Part shown: piece by piece, positions 20,201-29,860 of the stretch
Numbering within the stretch: the stretch's first letter is position 1
Layout of the letters: the number at the start of each line of letters is the position of its first letter
Assembly (NCBI GenBank): GCA_965242625.1
Contig: CBDEST010000005.1
Location: 4,467,767-4,531,766 of the forward strand
Length of the DNA stretch: 64,000 nt
Direction of reading: 5' to 3'
DNA from: Bryobacterales bacterium
GTDB lineage: Bacteria; Acidobacteriota; Terriglobia; Bryobacterales; UBA6623
Notes under the pieces: model-generated
What the model saw: only the letters and a program-made list of their open reading frames with translations
Told to the model about the DNA's origin: nothing
Database searches by the model: none
Position numbers and translations under genes: made by a program

Positions 20201-20339
20201 GGGCACGGGAGCCGCGATCGGACCGAATGCCGCGTTCCAGCGGCTGCGCTCCGAAAGCGGCGATTATGACCGGAATAACGCTCAGGTTCCCGGTACGGGT
20301 CCGTTGCAGGTGCAGTTCGGACTCCGATTCTATTTCTGA
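17295..20339 (+). CDS. TonB-dependent outer-membrane receptor, Oar-like (carboxypeptidase-regulatory-like N-terminal domain)
   Basis: ORF 17049..20339 is trimmed to ATG 17295, giving the signal peptide MRMCAAAGLLVVAATTVPQVAHA/Q. Next come a CarboxypepD_reg-like domain (GSVTGPDGFAIPEVEVSVSS..TDAEGWYQAVSLKPGEYTV) and a long beta-barrel. The protein ends in the OMP-typical aromatic residue (..GLRFYF). Confidence 0.9.
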   Translation: MRMCAAAGLLVVAATTVPQVAHAQFDANFGRVVGSVTGPDGFAIPEVEVSVSSVDTGVLRTVRTDAEGWYQAVSLKPGEYTVAASSEGFGMSVTDGVIVGVGAAVRVDVALALEAIRTTTEVTASLLDAMLPAASNLVAERTFNELPINGRRFHDFALLTPTAQVARASGQLSLGAQRGIYTNVTVDGADYNQSFFGGIQGGERANSAPTVPQSAIQEFQTTTAGFTAEYGRTTSGVVNVSTKSGANEVHGDLFYQIRHPRFGREDPFGAKVLEKLQQFGGSAGGPLQRDRAFWFFAVERQLSLSPRYVEFPALGQSDRERGSEAFDYFKSLEEPFETTNNAWALTPRVDYQFSGGSQLMVRYNYSRSVADNTTSVGESRDPRTTSALSNNGSEGDVIHFLTSQLTTLAGPSVVNRLRFTFTREHRPRIANRRQPTVVSSAVGQFGSNIQLPANSYDARPVVSNNLMWHVGSHDVKLGGELNGVWIDDQFGFFQHGMFEVFSGDPNEVLDILSPGGSIPNRFDAPGIYLRQVGNTLGTQQLAHGSLYAQDSWRVTPELTLDLGFRWEGQFNQEPLIGNQALVRRVQDATFPSGRLDPTYLADSVRQFMPRLGFAYSPQGMARRLVVRGSFGIFHAITPPVFFNRPTKAFRETPFDLTVAVVGTPGNSVYQQFLNAGIDLNQYPLGEIPVFPNNDIARVLGGDVYLGSEPHVVHPDFQNPRSLKYSLALESGLTSNTVAGLQWMYQRTTRLHGLRDFNLPVSAVRPDDPAGIRYYDVSNRPAPELGALVVTESRGRASYQGLTANWKYLGQRVQLVGHYTFARAFNSDINERLFWFPLYTDQGQPEAWGPADLDMRHQVTGHAVARLPGGIVGSAILRMASAPPLDPAAGSDLNGDRHSFDRALQSTGQYFGRNSFRNRPMRNLDIRILREFSLSDSRRLEASVELFNALNIDNVEFSGFNTIYGPGLDLGTGAAIGPNAAFQRLRSESGDYDRNNAQVPGTGPLQVQFGLRFYF

Positions 20340-20386
20340 CGCTCGCGCGGGGTAGGGACGCCCGAGCGCAGGCGCCCCGATGTCGT

Positions 20387-21862
20387 CTACAACTCCTCGG
20401 CGGCAAAATACTTGTTTAGGACCGCCCGCGGATCCCGCGATCCCAGCAGGGAACCGATCACGCAAGCGATCACGCTGGCACAGAGTGCCCAAACGAAGGG
20501 ATCGAGCCCCAAGAAGCTGCGCGTGCCGTAGGCGGCGTATTGCGCGAGGAAGGCCACAAACCCTGTCGCGATGCCCGCGAGGCATCCGGTGCGGTTCATT
20601 CCGGTCCAGAAAACGGCAAGCACGGTAGGGAACAGAAACGTCGCGGCCAGCCCCGTGCCGGAGAAGATCACGATGTACTGCAAGTAGTCCGGAGGCCTGA
20701 GCGCGAAGGCCCCGGCGACGACACTGACCGCGAGGATCGCGATATGCGTGGCGGCTCTTGCACGGCCCTCGCTAACCGCGCGACGGACATTTCGCTGGTA
20801 GAGGTCGCGCGCGATGGCTCCGGCGGCGACGAGGAGAAACGAACTGATCGTGGACATGATCGCGGCCATCGGAGCCGCTAGGACGAAGCCCGCTAGGACT
20901 GACGGAACGGAAGCGAGAATCGTGGCGGGCAGGGCGTGGTCGCTCGCGGCGAGATCCGGCACGAGCACCCGCCCCAGGATGCCGGCGAAGATGACTGCCG
21001 GATACAAGAGCAGCACGTATACGCCGATGAGCAGAGCCGCGCGACGCAACGATCCTATGTCCCGGCAGGCGAGGAAACGGGTGATGAGCGATGGCTGGCC
21101 GGCGACAGCCAGAGGCCAGACGAAAAAGAACGAGATCGCCGCCGGAAGCGGCAAGAACGCATCCGGTCCAGTAGGCGTTAGCAGCTCGGGGGACTGCGCT
21201 GCCAGGCCGTCGTAGACCGCCTGCAAGCCGCCCACGCGATAGAGTCCGAAGCCCACGGTGAGCAGCACCCCTACGAGCATCACGATGGCTTGGAAGCTAT
21301 CCGTCCAAGCCACTGCGCGAAAGCCGCCGTACGCCGTATAGACACTGACGACGACAGCAAACCCGAGCACTCCCCATACGTAAGGAACGCCCAGAGCCGC
21401 TTCCAGTACTCGTGCGCCGGCAATGTATTGCGCCACGATGAAACTCGTGTGAAGAACGAGCATCGCGATTCCCGAAAGGGCCCCTATGGCCCTGCTCTCG
21501 AAGCGGTCCCGCAACAGATCCGGGAACGTCAGGGCCCCCGTGCTGCCGCCCAGCTCCACGATGCGGCGTCCCAACAGGCCGAATCCGACCGTCGCTACCA
21601 CGATGTAGCCGGAGATCCAGAGCATTACCGACCAGCCGTTGGTGTGCGCAAGTGCTGGAGCGCCGATGAACGTGCCACCGCTCGCCGACGTTGCGATCCA
21701 AGTGAGGCCCAGCACCCACGGGCCGATAGTCCGGCCGCCAACGAAGAACTCGCGCAGGAACCCGCCCGCAACGGCTTGGCGCCGCGCTAGGTAAGCGAGC
21801 AGGAAGGTGAATGCTAGGTACAGCGCGAAGGCTACGCGAACCAGAGGCGCTGACTCGTACAT
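20387..21862 (-). CDS. sodium:solute symporter (SSS family, PanF-like)
   Basis: 491 aa, about 13 TM helices, with an SSS-type sequence (FFVGGRTIGPWVLGLTWIATSASGGTFIGAPA..). It is preceded by a DUF997/YhdT-like small membrane protein gene, as in panF loci. Confidence 0.9.
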   Translation of the reverse strand: MYESAPLVRVAFALYLAFTFLLAYLARRQAVAGGFLREFFVGGRTIGPWVLGLTWIATSASGGTFIGAPALAHTNGWSVMLWISGYIVVATVGFGLLGRRIVELGGSTGALTFPDLLRDRFESRAIGALSGIAMLVLHTSFIVAQYIAGARVLEAALGVPYVWGVLGFAVVVSVYTAYGGFRAVAWTDSFQAIVMLVGVLLTVGFGLYRVGGLQAVYDGLAAQSPELLTPTGPDAFLPLPAAISFFFVWPLAVAGQPSLITRFLACRDIGSLRRAALLIGVYVLLLYPAVIFAGILGRVLVPDLAASDHALPATILASVPSVLAGFVLAAPMAAIMSTISSFLLVAAGAIARDLYQRNVRRAVSEGRARAATHIAILAVSVVAGAFALRPPDYLQYIVIFSGTGLAATFLFPTVLAVFWTGMNRTGCLAGIATGFVAFLAQYAAYGTRSFLGLDPFVWALCASVIACVIGSLLGSRDPRAVLNKYFAAEEL

Positions 21863-21868
21863 CGGGAA

Positions 21869-22123
21869 CTAGGCTTTCCGACCACCTGCGGTGCCTCGGA
21901 TATAGAAACGAACGTGCAGCACGAAGAAGACCACCCACGGCAAGAAGATTCCGTACGCAGCCCACCGGGGCACCCCAAGCACGGAGGTCGTCGGACTGCT
22001 GCCCAGCCAGGTCGAGAGGCCGACAGTTGCAATGAGCGCCGCGAACCACAGAAGGCCGGCTTGAATCGCTTCGCGACGTGCGGCGCGCGAGTCGGGACCC
22101 TGCGGCTGGCTCGCTGGTTCCAT
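21869..22123 (-). CDS. small membrane protein, DUF997/YhdT-like
   Basis: 84 aa with two hydrophobic helices (LLWFAALIATVGLSTWL, AAYGIFLPWVVFFVLHV). It lies 6 nt upstream of the SSS transporter gene, the arrangement known for yhdT-panF. Confidence 0.65.
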   Translation of the reverse strand: MEPASQPQGPDSRAARREAIQAGLLWFAALIATVGLSTWLGSSPTTSVLGVPRWAAYGIFLPWVVFFVLHVRFYIRGTAGGRKA

Positions 22124-22216
22124 GCGCTCTGGATCTTCGCCGACTACTCTTGGCGACTCGGACCAGCCGGGCGGCGGGTCCTCACCGGAAATCGATGCGG
22201 TCGCCGACGCGCCGGT

Positions 22217-23209
<993 letters not shown>

Positions 23210-23280
23210 GCGAATGCGAACCTCGTCGAGGTCGTGTAAGCCGCTAGTCTAGCAGAGAGGGTAGCGAGAGCCGGTCCGAT

Positions 23281-23327
23281 AGTCTCGAAACGCCCCCCAA
23301 TCGCGTTCTAAGCTACGGAGTCTCGAA
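23281..23327. repeat. direct repeat AGTCTCGAA (2 copies, 38 nt apart) in a divergent intergenic region
   Basis: AGTCTCGAA occurs at 23281-23289 and 23319-23327. Each copy is followed within 1-2 nt by GCCCC. The repeats sit between the isomerase gene (-) and the hypothetical gene (+). Function unknown. Confidence 0.3.
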
Positions 23328-23437
23328 GGCCCCAGAGGGATCTGATCAAGCACCAACCGCGAGTCGTAAGCCCAAGATCGTCTGGTGCTGGCCCCGTGCT
23401 ACTATCAGCGGTTCCGGCGAGACTGTCTCGATTCTGC

Positions 23438-24637
23438 ATGCGGCTTTCGTTGCTTCTGAGTTGTAGGACTCTGGTCGGCCTGCTCGCGGTGCTTTCGGTG
23501 CCGTTGCCGGCCATCGAGATCGCAACCGGTTCGATGCTCGGTCCTCGCTACAAGCAGGATCGGTTTTACGTCCGGAGCGGCCCTAGTTCGACTTGGGATC
23601 TCTCCTACGGCGGTAGCGCGTACCGGCGCAAAGTGAAGGGCAGTCTGGCCCTGATTCGCGTCGCGCAGGGCTTGTTTGATGACGAGTGGATGCGCGAGCG
23701 GGATTTCGACCCGGATGCCAACACAGACAGCTTGATCGACCAGCTCGACACCTACAAGCGGTATGGCGTCGGCGGCATCGTCGTCGGACTCCAAGGCTCG
23801 AATCCCTTCTACTCGCAGGACTCCAACGGAGTCGGCCGAGGTTCGAGTGCCGACTTGGGCGAAAAGGCCGGCGCCCTCGTGAGCGCTTACAGGCGCGATG
23901 GATCCCTCAAGGAAGATTGGCTGCTGCGGCTCGACCGGCTGATCAAGGCCGCTGACCAGCGCGGAATGGTCGTGTGCTTGATTCTCTTTCAGCAGGATCA
24001 AGACGAGGCCTTGGAATCGACCCAGGCCATCGCGAATGCTGCAAGCAACATCGCTCGCCACCTGATCGAGACCGACGCGAGGAACGTGATTGTCGACGTC
24101 GCGGACGCTTGGGACGAGCCGGAAGGCCGTTGGGACCATCGGCGATTCATCCCGCGGTACGTTGAATCCTTGATTCGCACAGTGCGGGACGAATTCCAGC
24201 ACGCCTCGTTCAGCCTGCCGATCGGGGCCTCGAGCGGTTCCGGGATGCTCTATCCGCTGTCCCTCGCGCAGTTGTGCGATGTGGTGTTGCTGCAGGGGAA
24301 TGGACGCAATGCCTCGGACAAGCTCGCGCGGGCGCAGCAGCTCAAGAATTACGCACGTCCGGTTCTGATGGTTAGCGATGCCAACAGCCCAGCCGCTGCG
24401 ATGGCCGAATTGGACCGCGAGCGTGCGATCGCGGAAGCGTACCTCGAGCGTGCGTCCGGATGGAGTTACGTACCGACTCAGATGGCGGACGCCTTCCCGT
24501 TTTCGTACAAGCCAGCGGACTCGGTAGCTGAACTAGACGGCGGATCCCATGCAACCTACTTCAGGGCTGTCTTGGAACAGATCGCCAAGGTCGTCCTGCG
24601 CCGTCCACCCTCGAGCGCGAAGCGCGGCGGGCGCTGA
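23438..24637 (+). CDS. secreted hypothetical protein (possibly a TIM-barrel glycosidase-like fold)
   Basis: ORF 23396..24637 is trimmed to ATG 23438 (signal peptide MRLSLLLSCRTLVGLLAVLSVPLPA). The beta/alpha-alternating sequence (GGIVVGLQG, GMVVCLILFQQDQ, NVIVDVADAWDEPE) is reminiscent of GH5-like barrels. I cannot assign a family. Confidence 0.6.
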   Translation: MRLSLLLSCRTLVGLLAVLSVPLPAIEIATGSMLGPRYKQDRFYVRSGPSSTWDLSYGGSAYRRKVKGSLALIRVAQGLFDDEWMRERDFDPDANTDSLIDQLDTYKRYGVGGIVVGLQGSNPFYSQDSNGVGRGSSADLGEKAGALVSAYRRDGSLKEDWLLRLDRLIKAADQRGMVVCLILFQQDQDEALESTQAIANAASNIARHLIETDARNVIVDVADAWDEPEGRWDHRRFIPRYVESLIRTVRDEFQHASFSLPIGASSGSGMLYPLSLAQLCDVVLLQGNGRNASDKLARAQQLKNYARPVLMVSDANSPAAAMAELDRERAIAEAYLERASGWSYVPTQMADAFPFSYKPADSVAELDGGSHATYFRAVLEQIAKVVLRRPPSSAKRGGR

Positions 24638-24638
24638 A

Positions 24639-25874
24639 ATGGCCTCGCGAGAGTCGCAGACTCCGGTTCTCGTAATCGGTGCGGGCATGATCGTCCGTGA
24701 CCAAGTCCTTCCGACCCTGCTGCAGATGCGTCGGGAAGCGGCGATCGGTGAGGTCACGGTCTGCTCCCAGCGCAATCGTTCAATCGAAGCGTTACGGGAT
24801 GACCCGGCACTGAAGCAGGCGTTTCCGGACTGCGGCTTCGAGCCGCGATTCATTCCAGACGCCCACCCTGACGCGCCGCATCCCCGCGCCTACCTTCCGG
24901 CGCTGGCGAGCCTCCCCGAGCGATCCGTTGTAGTCGTCGCCGTGCCGGACCAGGTGCATCACCGGATCGTCATCGACGCCTTGCGGCACGATCAGCATGT
25001 GTGTTGCGTCAAGCCGCTAGTCATGAACCTCGAGGAGTCGCGGGAGATCGAGACGATGGCGCGCGAGCGCGGGCTATTCGTCGGCGTCGAGTACCACAAA
25101 CGATTCGACCCGCGCAGTGCCATGGCGCGTGACAGGTACCGGCAAGGCTTGTTCGGGGAATTCAGGCTCGGGACGGCCCGGCTGATGGAAAAGTGGTTCT
25201 ACCGGGAGTCGAACTTCCAGAACTGGTTCGGGACGGAGCAGACCGATTCGTTCGTCTACATCGGCTGCCACTACGTCGACTTGGTTCACTTCATCACGGG
25301 GCTGCTGCCCACCGCCGTGTCCGTGTACGGGATCAGCGACTCGCTTCCGAATGGCGTCGAAGGCTACCTATGGACCGATGCTCGCATCCTCTGGGAGAAC
25401 GGCGCGTGCCTCAATGTCCAGAACTCCCTGAGTTTCCCTGACGAAGCGCCGGGTCCGAACACGCAGGGGATGACCTTGTATTGCACGGGTTCGGGTCGCG
25501 GGGCGGTAATCGAGCATTCCGACCAATATCGCGGGATCAAGTACACCTACGGAACACGCTTCGCGAGTCCGGGGGGAACCTACCATGCGGAACCCAGTCC
25601 GGACTACTTTTTGTTCCAGGATCAGGGCGGGCCAGGATTGGTTCCTACCGGCTATGGGGTGCGATCTGTCCGGAGCATCATCGAGGAAGCGTTACGCATC
25701 GAGCGCGATGCGCCGACGCGCGAGGGCCGCCAGCGTCTACTGGCCGAGACCGACTCCCGAGGCCTGCTGGCCACTCCCGCCAACAGTCGCTCCAATGTCG
25801 CGGTTTGCGAGGCCGCACGCGAGTCTATCCGGAGCGATGGCAAGCTCGTGAGGGTCCAGTCAGACAATTCGTAG
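24639..25874 (+). CDS. Gfo/Idh/MocA-like oxidoreductase
   Basis: ORF 24549..25874 is trimmed to ATG 24639, one nt after the upstream stop (TGA 24635-24637). Rossmann start VLVIGAGMIVRDQVLP, then VAVPDQVHHRIV, VCCVKPL and GVEYHKRFDP. Confidence 0.8.
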   Translation: MASRESQTPVLVIGAGMIVRDQVLPTLLQMRREAAIGEVTVCSQRNRSIEALRDDPALKQAFPDCGFEPRFIPDAHPDAPHPRAYLPALASLPERSVVVVAVPDQVHHRIVIDALRHDQHVCCVKPLVMNLEESREIETMARERGLFVGVEYHKRFDPRSAMARDRYRQGLFGEFRLGTARLMEKWFYRESNFQNWFGTEQTDSFVYIGCHYVDLVHFITGLLPTAVSVYGISDSLPNGVEGYLWTDARILWENGACLNVQNSLSFPDEAPGPNTQGMTLYCTGSGRGAVIEHSDQYRGIKYTYGTRFASPGGTYHAEPSPDYFLFQDQGGPGLVPTGYGVRSVRSIIEEALRIERDAPTREGRQRLLAETDSRGLLATPANSRSNVAVCEAARESIRSDGKLVRVQSDNS

Positions 25875-26066
25875 CTTTCGACGTCGCTGCGTCCTGTGCC
25901 TCCTCCGTCAGCTACGAACGTGCCCGCTGCCAACGGGTCATCGCGTCAAGCGGCTCGTAGGCGGGGTAGGGAAGCGGCGCATCGGTGCCGCTACCGGCCA
26001 CCGCGAGCCATGGCGCGGTTCGTTCCAAACTGCCAAGCGTCCGGTCGCTGATATACGCTGGAGGTC

Positions 26067-27458
26067 ATGGCGAAATCGACCCAATTCAGGACGGAACGCG
26101 ACTCGATGGGCGAGGTGCGCGTTCCTTCCGACGCACTGTACAAGGCCCAGACGCAACGAGCGGTCGACAACTTTCCCATCAGCGGCATTCCCGTTCCGCG
26201 CACGTTCATCCGTGCGCTGGGCTTGGTCAAGGGATGTGCCGCTGCGGTGAACTGCGAACTGGGCCAGATGGACGAGTCCATGTCGAAAGCGATCCAAGAT
26301 GCCGCGAGGGAGGTCTCCGACGGAAACCACGACAGGCACTTCCCGGTAGACATCTTCCAGACCGGTTCCGGCACCTCGACGAACATGAATGCGAACGAGG
26401 TGATTGCCACGCTGGCGTCCGCGAAACTCGGCGCGACTGTCCATCCGAACGACCACGTCAACATGGGGCAGTCCAGCAACGACGTGATCCCGACTGCAAT
26501 TCACGTCAGCGCCTACATGGAAACGGCTTGGACGACGCTGCCTGGCTTGGACTGTCTGCGCACCCATCTCCAGACCAAAGCCGCGTCCGTGGACGAGGTC
26601 GTGAAGACCGGCCGCACTCACCTCATGGACGCCCTTCCGATTCGCTTGAGTCAAGAGCTGGGCGGATGGGCGGATCAGATCGTTCAAGGACAGCAGCGGG
26701 TTCGGGCTGCGCTGAGTCGGATTTCGCCGTTGGCCCTAGGCGGCACGGCGATCGGCACGGGCGTGAACGCCCATCCCGAATTCGGCCCCCGGGTGGCGAA
26801 GCTGTTGAGCGCCCGCACTGGACTGCCGTTTATCGCGAGCCGGAATTACTTCGTGAGCCTCTCGAGCCAAGATGCCGCCGTGGAATTGAGCGGCCAGTTC
26901 AAGACCGTTGCAGTCTCGATGATGAAGATCGCGAACGACCTGCGGTGGATGAACAGCGGTCCCATCGCCGGCCTCGCGGATATCGCGCTGCCCGCGCTGC
27001 AACCCGGCTCTAGCATCATGCCGGGGAAGGTGAATCCGGTCATCCCGGAAGCCGTGGCGATGGTGTGCGCCCAGGTGATCGGAAACGACTCGACAATCAC
27101 CATTGCCGGGCAATCCGGAAACTTCCAGCTCAATGTGATGTTGCCCGTGGTAGCCCATAACCTGCTCGAGAGCGCGCGCCTACTAGGCAGTGCCGCGACC
27201 GTGCTGGCCGAGCGGGCTGTCGCGGACTTCGTGCCAAACGCTGAACACTCCCAGCAGCTAGCCGAGCGCAATCCGATCTTGGTGACGTCTCTCAACCCGG
27301 TGATCGGCTACGAGAGCGGAGCTGCTGTTGCGAAGAGGGCGTACGCGGAGGGGCGACGCGTCAAGGATGTCGCTGCCGAGGAGACTGGACTGGACAGCGA
27401 GGAACTCGAGCGCCTGTTGGATCCGCGCAAGATGACGGAAGGGGGAATCGCGGAGTGA
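26067..27458 (+). CDS. class II fumarate hydratase / aspartate ammonia-lyase family enzyme
   Basis: 463 aa. Motifs: ERDSMGEVRVPSDALYKAQTQRAVDNF, FQTGSGTSTNMNANEV and HPNDHVNMGQSSND (FumC-like), and the signature loop GSSIMPGKVNPVIPE (the PVIPE part is more AspA-like). Confidence 0.9.
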   Translation: MAKSTQFRTERDSMGEVRVPSDALYKAQTQRAVDNFPISGIPVPRTFIRALGLVKGCAAAVNCELGQMDESMSKAIQDAAREVSDGNHDRHFPVDIFQTGSGTSTNMNANEVIATLASAKLGATVHPNDHVNMGQSSNDVIPTAIHVSAYMETAWTTLPGLDCLRTHLQTKAASVDEVVKTGRTHLMDALPIRLSQELGGWADQIVQGQQRVRAALSRISPLALGGTAIGTGVNAHPEFGPRVAKLLSARTGLPFIASRNYFVSLSSQDAAVELSGQFKTVAVSMMKIANDLRWMNSGPIAGLADIALPALQPGSSIMPGKVNPVIPEAVAMVCAQVIGNDSTITIAGQSGNFQLNVMLPVVAHNLLESARLLGSAATVLAERAVADFVPNAEHSQQLAERNPILVTSLNPVIGYESGAAVAKRAYAEGRRVKDVAAEETGLDSEELERLLDPRKMTEGGIAE

Positions 27459-27476
27459 TCTCCCCGCCGCGGTTTG

Positions 27477-29840
27477 TCACTGCAGAGTGTGTTCTCGTTG
27501 GGCGAGGACGAGTTCCAAGAATCGCTCGGGATCGTCTACCGTCAGTTCGATCTCCAATACGTACAGACGCATCGGGAGGGCGAGGCCGCTTAGGTTCACT
27601 GCATCCTTGGCGGTGGTGACAAGTGCCTTGGCGTTTGATGTAGTGGCTGCTTTGGCAAGCGAATCCAAGTCAGTTTGTGCGTACCGGTAGTGATCCCTGA
27701 AGTCTCGCGTGAAGGCGATTTCCGCTCCAGTCTCGCTAACTTGCCGGCGGAACGCAGCGGGGTTGCCGATCCCGCAGAAGACACCTACTCTCTCCTCGCG
27801 CAGCGACCCTAGGTCAGCGGGGTCTCCAGTGCTCGCATCGATCAGTCTGCGGGTGGTCGTTCGCGAGCGGAATATCTGAATCCCCGGATTGATCTCTCGG
27901 AGCCTTTCGCAGAGTTTGGTGTGAGCCGACCCTGGGCGTGCGCGTGTCAGCAGCGCAATGTCTGCGTACCTCAGGCTTTCGACCGGTTCGCGTAACCGGC
28001 CCAGCGGCAGACAGAATCCGTTTCCGAACGGGTTGCTGCAGTCCACTAGCACGATGTTCAGGGAGCGTCGGAGGCGCAAGTGCTGGAACCCGTCATCAAG
28101 CACCAGAAAGTGAATTCCGCTCTTGCTCTCGACCTCCTTTCCAGCCTCGTACCGATCCGCGCCGATCGCGAAAACCGTGTTCGGGGCGGCCGTGACGAAA
28201 TGCCTCGCGAGCATCGCCGGCTCGTCGCCCATCAACAGAGGATCTGCCGAACTCGACGCAGGATGCAGGGTCACCCGGTCGGGTGCCTTGCGTCGATACC
28301 CGCGCGTCAGCACTGCGGACGTGAGGCCTTGTTCCGCGAGGCTCTCTACGATCCACGCCACCGCAGGTGTTTTGCCGGTGCCGCCGGCAGTCAGGTTGCC
28401 GACGGAGATTAGAGGGATCGAGAGCTGGCGGCTGGCCAACAGACCGGCTTCGTGGGCTGACCTTCGCAGCTTGGCGACAAGGCTCCACAGAACCGAGATC
28501 GGACCTAAGGCCAATGTGGCAAGGGCGCCTGGCGGTTGGCGTGTAAGGGCGGCCGCGTAGCACGTAGCGACATGGTCAGCGGTGCGTTCGGACGCACCGC
28601 GAAGCGACTCGGCTCTCTCCTTGCCCTTGCGGCCGATCGACTCCCGTTGCGGTGCGTCCGTCGCCAGCTCAACGAGCTTCCGAGCAAGTGCCTGCGCATC
28701 GGGGACTTGGACGAGGCCGCCCACTTGCAAGAGATCGTTCGTGATCCCGCGAAAATTCTGCATCGCGGGGCCAACGATGACCGGCCGACCGAATAGCACG
28801 GGTTCTAGCACGTTGTGCCCTCCCCAGCCGTTGAGGGACCCTCCCACGAACACAAGGTCGGCGTCGCGATACACCGCGGCGAGTTCGCCGAGGCTGTCCA
28901 GCAGCAGCACCATAGGCAGCTTCGGTGCCGCGGCAGTCTTGAGTGACGAGCGGCGCACTACCGGCAGGCTGGACGCGCCCAAGGCGCGTGCTGCTTCGTC
29001 GAATCGACTTGGATGTCGCGGGGCGACGATCGCAAGGAGTCCGCGCTCTCTGTCCGCCAGGCTTCGCAACGCGGGCGCGAGCATGGATTCCTCCCCCTCT
29101 CGCGTACTCCCCGCGATCATAAGCAGGTCCGGTGCCGTGTCGTCGAGCCAGGTTCGCAGGTCTTCCCGAACCTCCTGACCCGGTTTGGATGGATTAAAGT
29201 CGTACTTTAGATTTCCGTTCGCAAGTGTAGACTCAGTAATGGACCCAGCCCCCACGAATCGCTGCCGGTCGACCTCGGATTGAGCTAGCACAAAGTCCGC
29301 GCAAGCCAAGACGTGCCGGAAGAAGAATCTCAATGCTCGGTACTTCGGTGCAGACCGGTCCGACATCCTGCCGTTGGCGACGATCACCGGTACGCCCCGA
29401 CTCCGGGCTTCGAAGAAGTAATTCGGCCATAACTCGGTTTCCGCGACGACCAGCAGTTGCGGGCGCAATCTTCGGAATACCCGAGCGACGCACCAACGAA
29501 GCTCGAGTGGCGCCCGGAAGGTTGCCTCGGCGATTCCCGATAGCGTGCTATCCGCGAGACGCCTTCCTGTCGGTGTCCCCGTGCTGACGAATATCGGTGC
29601 GCCGGGCAGTTTCAGGCGAATCTGGCGCAACAGGGGCACGGACGCCTGAACCTCGCCTACCGAAACGGCATGAAACCAAATCGGCGGCTGCGCTGTCGTA
29701 TCCTTTGGGAGAGGAACCTTGCCGAGGGCCTCGAGCAGGCTGCCCCAAGAGTGGCCTTTGGCTAGGCTCCGGACTATCCAGACCGGAATAGCCACCGGGG
29801 CCAGAAGTGTTAGCAGCAGGTTATAGCAGAATCGAACCAA
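27477..29840 (-). CDS. waaA-lpxK: fused 3-deoxy-D-manno-octulosonic acid transferase (WaaA/KdtA) and tetraacyldisaccharide 4'-kinase (LpxK)
   Basis: A single uninterrupted 787-aa ORF. Residues ~1-425 are WaaA-like (IWFHAVSVGEVQASVPLLRQI, ETELWPNYF). Residues ~440-787 are LpxK-like (LISVGNLTAGGTGKTPAVAWIVESL, LTRGYRRK, LDDGFQH). Confidence 0.9.
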   Translation of the reverse strand: MVRFCYNLLLTLLAPVAIPVWIVRSLAKGHSWGSLLEALGKVPLPKDTTAQPPIWFHAVSVGEVQASVPLLRQIRLKLPGAPIFVSTGTPTGRRLADSTLSGIAEATFRAPLELRWCVARVFRRLRPQLLVVAETELWPNYFFEARSRGVPVIVANGRMSDRSAPKYRALRFFFRHVLACADFVLAQSEVDRQRFVGAGSITESTLANGNLKYDFNPSKPGQEVREDLRTWLDDTAPDLLMIAGSTREGEESMLAPALRSLADRERGLLAIVAPRHPSRFDEAARALGASSLPVVRRSSLKTAAAPKLPMVLLLDSLGELAAVYRDADLVFVGGSLNGWGGHNVLEPVLFGRPVIVGPAMQNFRGITNDLLQVGGLVQVPDAQALARKLVELATDAPQRESIGRKGKERAESLRGASERTADHVATCYAAALTRQPPGALATLALGPISVLWSLVAKLRRSAHEAGLLASRQLSIPLISVGNLTAGGTGKTPAVAWIVESLAEQGLTSAVLTRGYRRKAPDRVTLHPASSSADPLLMGDEPAMLARHFVTAAPNTVFAIGADRYEAGKEVESKSGIHFLVLDDGFQHLRLRRSLNIVLVDCSNPFGNGFCLPLGRLREPVESLRYADIALLTRARPGSAHTKLCERLREINPGIQIFRSRTTTRRLIDASTGDPADLGSLREERVGVFCGIGNPAAFRRQVSETGAEIAFTRDFRDHYRYAQTDLDSLAKAATTSNAKALVTTAKDAVNLSGLALPMRLYVLEIELTVDDPERFLELVLAQREHTLQ

Positions 29841-29860
29841 GCGGCAAACCGGTATCTACT

